DNA of 64,000 nt from the human T2T-CHM13v2.0 reference genome, Homo sapiens. The translations under genes were made by a program, and so were the position numbers. The DNA is taken from the NCBI RefSeq assembly GCF_009914755.1, contig NC_060933.1. One strand, written 5' to 3'. Below the pieces are notes generated by a model, which did no database searches, had not been told where the DNA came from, and saw only the letters and a list, made by a program, of their open reading frames with translations. Shown here one piece after another: positions 55,101-64,000 of the stretch (the first letter of the stretch is position 1; every line of letters begins with the position of its first letter).

Positions 55101-56335
55101 GGAATGGAATGGAATCAACCCGAGTGCAATGGAATGGAGTGAAATGGAATGGAATGGAATGGAAACAACCAGAATGGATTGGAATATAATGGAGTGTAAG
55201 GGAATTGAAAAGAATCAATCTGAATGTAATGAAATGGAATGGAACGGAATGGAATGGAATGGAATGAAATGGAATGCAATGGAATGGAATCAACCCGAGT
55301 GCAATCGAATGGAATCGAATGGAATGGAATGCAATGGAATGGATTCAACTAGAATGGAAAGGAAAGAATGGAATCAACAAGAGTGGAATGGCATGGATTG
55401 GAATGGAATGGAATGGAATCAACCCGAGTACAGGAGAATGGAATGGAATGGAATGCAATGGAATGGAATCATCAGTAATGGAATGGAAAGGAATGGAAAG
55501 GACTGGAATGGAATGGAATGGAATGGAATGGAATGGAATGGAATCAACTCGATTGCAATCGAATGGAATGGAATGGAATTAACCCGAATAGAATGGAATG
55601 GAATGGAATGGAACGGAACGGAATGGAATGGAATGGAATGGAATGGAACGGAAAGGAATGGAATGGAATGGAATGAAATGGAATGGAATGCAATGGAATC
55701 AACGCGAGTGCAGGGGAATGGAATGGAATCGAATGGAATGGAAAGGAATGGAATGGAATCAACCCGAGTGCAGGGGAATGTAATGGAACGGAATGCAATC
55801 GAATGGAATCATCCGGAATGGAATGGAATGGAATGGAATGGAATGGAATGGAATGGATTGGAATGGAATCAACCCGAGTGCAATGGAATGGAGTGGAATG
55901 GAATGGAATGGAATGGAATGGAACAACCCGAATGGAATGGAATGTAATGTAGAGTAAGGGAGTTGAAAAGAATCAATCCGAATGTAATGGAATGGAATGG
56001 AACGGAATGGAATGGAATGGAATGGAATGGAATGGAATGCAATGGAATGGAATCAACCCGAGTACAATGGAATGGAATGGAATGGAATGGAGTGGAATGG
56101 AATGGAATGGAATGGAATGGAATGGAATGGAATGCAATGGATTCAACTCGATTGCAATGGAATGGAATAGAATGGAATGGAATGGAATGGAATCTAATGG
56201 AATTAAACCGAATAGAATGGAATGGAATGGAATGGAACGGAACAGAACGGAACGGAACGGAACGGAGTGGCATGGAATGGAATGGAATTGTATGGAATGG
56301 AATGGAATGGTACGGAATAGAATGGAATGGAAAGA
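52150..56335 (+). repeat. ~1.2 kb segment duplicated at ~2.94-2.97 kb offset (~52150-53370 and ~55090-56335); related partial copy at ~49960-50850
   Basis: ORF offsets 52178/55115, 52337/55274, 52597/55544 and 52991/55963. Shared variant CATCAGTAATGGAATGGAAAGGAATGGAAAGGACTGG at ~50143, ~52533 and ~55470. Confidence 0.78.
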
Positions 56336-59300
56336 ATAGGAATGGAATGGAATCGAATGGAATGGAATGGAATGGAATGGAATCAACCCGAGTGCAGGGG
56401 AATGTAATGGAACGGAATGCAATGGAATGGAATCATCCGGAATGGAATGGAATGGAATGGAATGGAATGGAATGGAATGGAATTAACCCGAGTGCAATGG
56501 AATGGAGTGGAATGGAATGGAATGGAATGGAACAACACGAATGGAATGGAATGTAATGGAGAGTAAGGGAGTTGAATAGAATCAATCCGAATGTAATGGA
56601 ATGGAACGGAATGGAATGAAATAGAATGGAATGGAATGGAATGGAATGCAATGGAATGGAATCAACCCGAGTACAATGGAACGGAATGTAATGTAATGGA
56701 ATGGAATGGAATGGAATGGAATGGAATGGAATGGAATGGAATCAACCCGAGTGCAATGGAATGGAGAGGAATGGAATGGAATTGAATGGAAACTACCCGA
56801 ATGGAATGGAATGTAAGGGAGTGTAAGGGAATTGAATGGAATCAATCCGAATGGAATGGAATGGAATGGAACGGAATGCAATGTAATGGAATGGAATGGA
56901 ATCAACCCGAGTGCAGGGGAATGGAATGGAATGGAATGCAATGGAATGGAATCATCCGGAATGGAATGGAATGCAATGCAATGGAATGGAATGGAATGGA
57001 ATCAAACTGAGTGCAATGGAATGGAGTGAAATGGAATGGAATGGAATGGAGACAACCAGAATGGATTGGAATATAATGGAGTGTAAGGGAATTGAATAGA
57101 ATCAATCTGAATGTAATGAAATGGAATGGAACGGAATGGAATGGAATGGAATGGAATGGAATGGAATGCAATGCAATGGAATGGAATCAACCCGAGTGCA
57201 ATCGAATGGAATCGAATGGAATGGAATGCAATGGAATGGATTCAACTTGAATGGAATGGAAAGAATGGAATCAACACGAGTGGAATGGCATGGATTAGAA
57301 TGGAATGGAATGGAATCAACCCGAGTATAGGGGAATGGAATGGAATGGAATGCAATGGAATGGAATCATCCGTAATGGAATGGAAAGGAATGGAATGGAA
57401 TGGAATGGAATGGAATGGAATGGAATCAACTCGATTGCAATCGAATGGAATGGAATGGAATTAACCCGAATGGAATGGAATGGAATGGAACGGAACGGAA
57501 AGGAATGGAATGGAATGGAATGGAATGGAATGGAATGGAACGGAAAGGAAGGGAATGGAATGGAATAGAATGGAATGGAATGGAATCATCGCGAGTGCAG
57601 GGGAATGGAATGGAATGGAATGCAATGGAATGGAATCTTCCGGAATGGAATGGAATGGAATGGAACAACCCGAATGGAATGGAATGTAATGGAGAGTAAG
57701 GGAGTTGAATAGAATCAATCCGAATATAATGGAATGGAATGGAACGGAATGGAATTGAATGGAATGGAATGGAATGCAATGGAATGGAATCAACCCGAGT
57801 GCAATGGAATGGAGAGGAATGGAATGGAATGGAATGGAAACTAGCAGAATGGAATGGAATGTAATGGAGTATAAGGGAATTGAATAGAATCAATCCGAAT
57901 ATAATGGAATGGAATGGAACGGAATGGAATGGAATGGAATGGAATGGAATGGAATGGAATGGAATGCAATGGAATGGAATCAACCCAAGCGCAATCGAAT
58001 GGAATCGAATGGAATGGAATGCAACGGAATGGATTCAACTTGAATGGAAAGGAAAGAATGGAATCAACACGAGTGGAATGGCATGGATTGGAATGGAATG
58101 GAATGGAATCAACCCGAGTACAGGGGAATGGAATGGAATGGAATGCAATGGAATGGAATCATCCGTAATGGAATGGAAAGGAATGGAATGGAATGGAATG
58201 GAATGGAATGGAATGGAATCAACTCGATTGCAATCGAATGGAATGGAATGGAATTAACCCGAATAGAATGGAATGGAATGGAATGGAACGGAACGGAATG
58301 GAATGGAATGGAATGGAATGGAATGGAATGGAACGGAACGGAATGGAATGGAATGGAATCAACGCGAGTGCAGGGGAATGGAATGGAATGGAATGCAATG
58401 GAATGGAATCTTCCGGAATGGAATGGAATGGAATGGAATGGAATGAAATGCAATGGATTCAAATCGATTGCAATGGAATGGAATAGAATGGAATGGAATG
58501 GAATGGAATGGAATTAATTCGAATAGAATGGAATGGAAAGGAATGGAACGGAATGGAACGGAATGGAATGGAATGCAATGGAATGGAATGGTATGGAATG
58601 GAATGGAATGGTACGGAATAGAATGGAATGGAACGAATTGTAATGGAATGGAATGGAATGGAATGGAATGGAATGGAATCAACGCGAGTGCAGGGGAATG
58701 TAATAGAACGGAATGCAATGGAATGGAATCATCCGGAATGGAATGGAATGGAATGGAATGGAATGGAATGTAATCAACCCGAGTGCAATGGAATGGAGTG
58801 GGATGGAATGGAATGGAATGGAATGGAACAACCCGAATGGAATGGAATGTAATGGAGAGTAAGGGAGTTGAATAGAATCAATCCGAATGTAATGGAATGG
58901 AATGCAACGGAATGGAATGGAATGGAATGGAATGGAATGCAAAGCAATGGAATCAACTCGATTGCAATGGAATGGAATGGAATGGAAAGGAATACATTGG
59001 AATCAACCCGAGTGGAATGGAATGGAAAGGACTGGAATGGAGTGGAATGGAATGGAATGGAATGGAATGGAATCAACTCGATTGGAATGGAATGGAATGG
59101 AATGGAATGGAATGGAATGGAATGGAATTAACCCGAATAGAATGGAATGGAATGGAATGGAACGGAACGGAACGGAATGGAATGGAATGGAATGGAATGG
59201 AATGGAATGGAATGGAATCAACGCGAGTGCAGGGGAATGGAATGGAATGGAATGCAATGGAATGGAATCTTCCGGAATGGAATGGAATGGAATGGAATGG

Positions 59301-62220
59301 AATGGAATGGAATGGAATAAACCCGAGTGCAATGGAATGGAGTGGAATGGAATGGAATGGAATGGAACAACCCGAATGGAATGGAATGTAATGGAGAGTA
59401 AGGGATTTGATTAGAATCAATCCGAATGTAATGGAATGGAATGGAACGGAATGGAATTTAATGGAATGGAATGGAATGCAATGGAATGGAATCAACCCGA
59501 GTTCAATGGAATGGAGAGGAATGGAATGGAATGGAATGGAAACTACCCGAATGAAATGGAATGTAATGGAGTGTAAGGGAATTGAATAGAATCATTCCGA
59601 ATGTAATGGAATGGAATGGAACGGAATGGAATGGAATGGAATGGAATGGAATTCAATGGAATGGAATGCAATGGAATGGAATCAACCCGAGTGCAATCGA
59701 ATGGAATCGAATGGAATGGAATGCAATGGAATGGATTCAACTTGAATGGAATGGAAAGAATGGAATCAACACGAGTGGAATGGCATGGATTGGAATGGAA
59801 AGGAATGGAATCAACCCGAGTATAGGGGAATGGAATGGAATGGAATGCAATGGAATGGAATCATCCGTAATGGAATGGAAAGGAATGGAATGGAATGGAA
59901 TGGAATGGAATGGAATGGAATCAACTCGATTGCAATCGAATGGAATGGAATGGAATTAACCCGAATAGAATGGAATGGAAAAGAATGGAACGGAACAGAA
60001 TGGAATGGAATGGAATGGAACGGAAAGGAAGGGAATGGAATGAAATAGAAAGGAATGGAATGGAATCAACGCGAGTGCAGAGGAATGGAATGGAATGGAA
60101 TGCAATGGAATGGAATCTTCCGGAATGGAATGGAATGGAATGGAATGGAATGGAATCAACCCGAGTGCAATGGAATGGAGTGGAATGGAATGGAATGGAA
60201 TGGAACAACCCAAATGGAATGGAATGTAATGGAGAGTAAGGGAGTTGAATAGAATCAATCCGAATGTAATGGAATGGAATGGAACGGAATGGAATTGAAT
60301 GGAATGGAATGGAATGCAATGGAATGGAATCAACCCGAGTGCAATGGAATGGAGAGGAATGGAATGGAATGGAATGGAATCTACCCGAATGGAATGGAAT
60401 TTAATGGAGTGTAAGGGAATTGAATAGAATCAATCCGAATGTAATGGAATGGAATGGAACGGAATGGAATGGAATGGAATGGAATGCAATGGAATGGAAT
60501 CAACCCGAGTGCAATAGAATGGAATCGAATGGAATGGAATGCAATGGAATGGATTCAACTTGAATGGAATGGAAAGAATGGAATCAACACGAGTGGAATG
60601 GCATGGATTGGAATGGAATGAAATGGAATCAACCCGAGTACAGGGGAATGGAATGGAATGGAATGCAATGGAATGGAATCATCCGTAATGGAATGCAAAG
60701 GAATGGAATGGAATGGAATGGAATGGAATGGAATGGAATGGAATCAACTCGATTGCAATCGAATGGAATGGAATGGAATTAACCCGAATAGAATGGAATG
60801 GAATGGAATGGAACGGAACGGAATGGAATGGAATGGAATGGAATGGAATGGAACGGAACGGAACGGAATGGAATGGAATGGAATGGAATGGAATGGAATC
60901 AACGCGAGTGCAGGGGAATGGAATGGAATGGAATGCAATGGAATGGAATCTTCCGGAATGGAATGGAATTTAATGGAATGGAATGGAATGGAATGGAATG
61001 AAATGGAATGGAATGGAATCAACGCGATTGCAGGGGAATGGAATGGAATGGAATGCAATGGAATGGAATCTTCAGGAATGAAATGGAATGGAATGGAATG
61101 GAATGGAATAAACCCGAGTGCAATGGAATGGAGTGGAATGGAATGGAATGCAATGGAACAACCCGAATGGAATGGAATGTAATGGAGAGTAAGGGAGTTG
61201 AATAGAATCAATCCGAATATAATGGAATGGAATGGAACGGAATGGAATTGAATGGAATGGAATGGAATGCAATAGAATGGAATCAACCCGAGTGCAATGG
61301 AATGGAGAGGAATGGAATGGAATGGAATGAAAACTACCCGAATGGAATGGAATGTAATGGAGTGTAAGGGAATTGAAAAGAATCAATCCGAATGTAATGG
61401 AATGGAATGGAACGGAATGGAATGGAATGGAATGGAATGGAATGGAATGCAATGGAATGGAATCAACCCGAGTGCAATCGAATGGAATCGAATGGAATGG
61501 AATGCAATGGAATGGATTCAACTTGAATGGAATGGAAAGAATGGAATCAACACGAGTGGAATGGCATGGATTCGAATGGAATGGAATGGAATCAACCCGA
61601 GTACAGGGGAATGGAATGGAATGGAATGCAATGGAATGGAATCATCCGTAATGGAATGGAAAGGAATGGAATGGAATGGAATGGAATGGAATGGAATGGA
61701 ATGGAATGGAATGGAATGGAATGGAATCAACTCGATTGCATTCGAATGGAATGGAATGGAATTAACCCGAATAGAATGGAATGGAGTGGAATGGAATGGA
61801 ACGGAACGGAATGGAATGGAATGGAATGGAATGGAATGGAATGGAATGGAACGGAACGGAATGGATGGAATGGAATGGAATGGAATGGAATGGAATCAAC
61901 GCGAGTGCAGGGGAATGGAATGGAGTGGAATGCAATGGAATGGAATCTACCGGATTGCAATGGAATGGAATGGAATGGAATGAAATGCAATGGATTCAAC
62001 TCGATTGCAAAGGAATGGAATAGAATGGAATGGAATGGAATGGAATGGAATTAACCCGAATAGAATGGAATGGAATGGAATGGAACGGAATGGAACGGAA
62101 TGGAATGGAATGGAATGGAATGGAATGGAATGGTATGGAATGGAATGGAATGGTACGGAATAGAATGGAATGGAACGAATTGTAATGGAATGGAATTGAA
62201 TGGAATGGAATGGAATGGAA

Positions 62221-62400
62221 TGGAATCAACGCCAGTGCAGGGGAATGTAATGGAACGGAATGCAATGGAATGGAATCATCCGGAATGGAATGGAATGGAA
62301 TGGAATGGAATGGAATCAACGCAAGTCCAGGGGAATGTAATGGAACGGAATGCAATGGAATGGAATCATCCGGAATGGAATGGAATGGAATGGAATGGAA
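62221..62400 (+). repeat. 90-bp local tandem duplication
   Basis: Two consecutive 90-bp units starting TGGAATCAACGCCAGTGCAGGGG and TGGAATCAACGCAAGTCCAGGGG, otherwise identical. Confidence 0.85.
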
Positions 62401-64000
62401 TGGAATCAACCCGAGGGCAATGGAATGGTGTGGAATGGAATGGAATGGAATGGAACAACCCGAATGGAATGGAATGTAATGGAGAGTAAGGTAGTTGAAT
62501 AGAATCAATCCGAATGTAATGGAATGGAATGCAACGGAATGGAATGGAATGGAATGGAATGGAATGCAATGGAATTGAATCAACCCGAGTGCAATAGAAT
62601 GGAATCGAATGGAATGGAATGCAATGGAATGGATTCAACTTGAATGGAATGGAAAGAATGGAATCAACACGAGTGGAATGGCATGGATTGGAATGGAATG
62701 GAATGGAATCAACCCGAGTACAGGGGAATGGAATGGAGTGGAATGCAATGGAATGGAATCATCCGTAATGGAATGGAATGGAATGGAATGGAATGGAATG
62801 GAATGGAATGGAATGGAATGGAATCATCTCGATTGCAATCGAATGGAATGGAATGGAATTAACCGGAATAGAATGGAATGGAATGGAATGGAATGGAACG
62901 GAACGGATTGGAATGGAATGGAATGGAATGGAATGGAACGGAACGGAACGAAATGGAATGGAATGGAATGGAACGTAATGGAATCAACGCGAGTGCAGGG
63001 GAATGGAATGGAATGGAATGCAATGGAATGGAATCTTCCGGAATGGAATGGAATGGAATGGAATGGAATGAAATGCAATGGATTCAACTCGATTGCAATG
63101 GAATGGAATAGAATGGAATGGAATGGAATGGAATGGAATGGAATTAATCCGAATAGAATGGAATGGAATGGAATGGAACGGAATGGAACGGAATGGAATG
63201 GAATGGAATGGAATGGAATGGTATGGAATGGAATGGAATGGTACGGAATAGAATGGAATGGTACGGAATAGAATGGAATGGAACGAATTGTAATGGAATG
63301 GAATTGAATGGAATGGAATGGAATGGAATGGAATCAACGCGAGTGCAGGGAAATGTAATGGAACGGAATGCAATGGAATGGAATCATCCGGAATGGAATG
63401 GAATGGAATGGAATGGAATGGAATGGAATGGAATCAACCCGAGTGCAATGGAATGTAACGGAGAGTAAGGGAGTTGAATAGAATCAATCCGAATGTAATG
63501 GAATGGAATGCAACGGAATGGAATGGAATGGAATGGAATGGAATGGAATGCAATGGAATTGAATCAACCCGAGTACAATGGAATGGAATGGAATGGAATG
63601 CAATGGAATGGAATCGAATGGAAAGATACGGAATAGAATGGAATGGAACGAAATGGAATGGAATGGAATGGAATGGAATGGAATGGAATCGTTCCGAGTG
63701 GAATACGAGGGAATGTATTCGAGTGGAATGGAAAGGAATGGTATCAACCAGAGTGGAATGGAAGGGAATGGAATGGAATGGAAACTAATAGAATGGAATC
63801 AACCCGAGTGGAATGGAATGGAAAGGACTGGAATGGAATGGAATGGAATGGAATCAACTCGGTTGTAATGGAATGGAATGGAATGGAATGGAATGGAATT
63901 AACCCGAATACATTGGAATGGAATGGAATGGAACGGAATGGAGTGGAATGGAATGGAATCAACCGAGTGCAGGGGAATGGAATGGAATGGAATGCAATGG

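Larger units (their letters stand above)
20138..64000 (+). repeat. Human Satellite III (HSat3) array, block 2: (GGAAT)n on + strand
   Basis: Continuous GGAAT pentamers with GGAATCAACCCGAGT and the same variant modules as block 1 in reverse complement (e.g. GGAGAGTAAGGGAGTTGAATAGAATCAATCCGAAT, TTCAACTTGAATGGAATGGAAAGAATGG, CAACGCGAGTGCAGGGG). The array runs off the window end. Confidence 0.97.

Noticed and set aside
15-63962. Hundreds of ORFs encoding MEWNG/IPFHS repeats, up to 423 aa (35907..37178) and 401 aa (38825..40030)
   Set aside because: GGAAT/ATTCC repeats have no stop codon in any frame and supply ATG every 5 bp. ORFs overlap in all six frames with no unique domain. Similar database 'proteins' would be annotation artefacts. 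Poly-WNGME translation is known for the SCA31 (TGGAA)n expansion, but nothing here shows translation.
1-64000. CRISPR-like repeat/spacer array or a prokaryotic defence system
   Set aside because: The interspersed segments are recurring degenerate pentamers rather than unique spacers, spacing is irregular, and there are no cas or other genes.
1-64000. HSat2, alpha satellite/CENP-B boxes, telomeric repeats, Alu/L1 insertions
   Set aside because: No 171-bp monomer, CENP-B box, TTAGGG, poly-A tail or non-satellite sequence was seen. Long pure CATTC runs plus CAACCCGAGT indicate HSat3.
20138-64000. EWS-FLI1 GGAA microsatellite enhancers, DUX4 sites, canonical G-quadruplexes
   Set aside because: The repeat is GGAAT rather than tandem GGAA. 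GAATAGAATCA does not fit the DUX4 TAAYYYAATCA consensus. Runs of three or more G are isolated, never four close together.

Overview
The whole 64 kb is classical human/hominid Satellite III (HSat3): a (CATTC/GGAAT)n pentamer array interrupted by the diagnostic CAACCCGAGT-type decamer and a small set of recurring variant modules. I see no gene, RNA gene, transposon, CRISPR array or unique sequence. The supplied ORFs (MEWNG/IPFHS repeats) are by-products of a stop-free pentamer containing ATG. The main structural feature is one clean strand switch at 20137/20138, with CATTC on the left and GGAAT on the right, centred on the 12-bp palindrome ATTCCATGGAAT. The left block consists of nested, near-identical duplications (about 3.7, 5.6 and 4.9 kb offsets). 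The right block is more mosaic (793 bp, about 1.7 kb, 2.07 kb, 2.9 kb and 16 kb offsets). Three observations stand out. (i) The inversion breakpoint falls in the same roughly 25-bp stretch as the crossover that defines the adjacent 3.7-kb repeat unit. (ii) The 1.3 kb next to the junction has a collinear inverted homologue about 5 kb across the junction. (iii) One recurrent variant module, GGAATCTTCCGGAAT, is a perfect three-unit heat-shock element, present about 40 times by eye. I find no support for a new gene-based system. All coordinates and counts were read by eye, so boundaries are approximate. Chromosome of origin cannot be fixed from the sequence; 9q12 is plausible but is only an inference.
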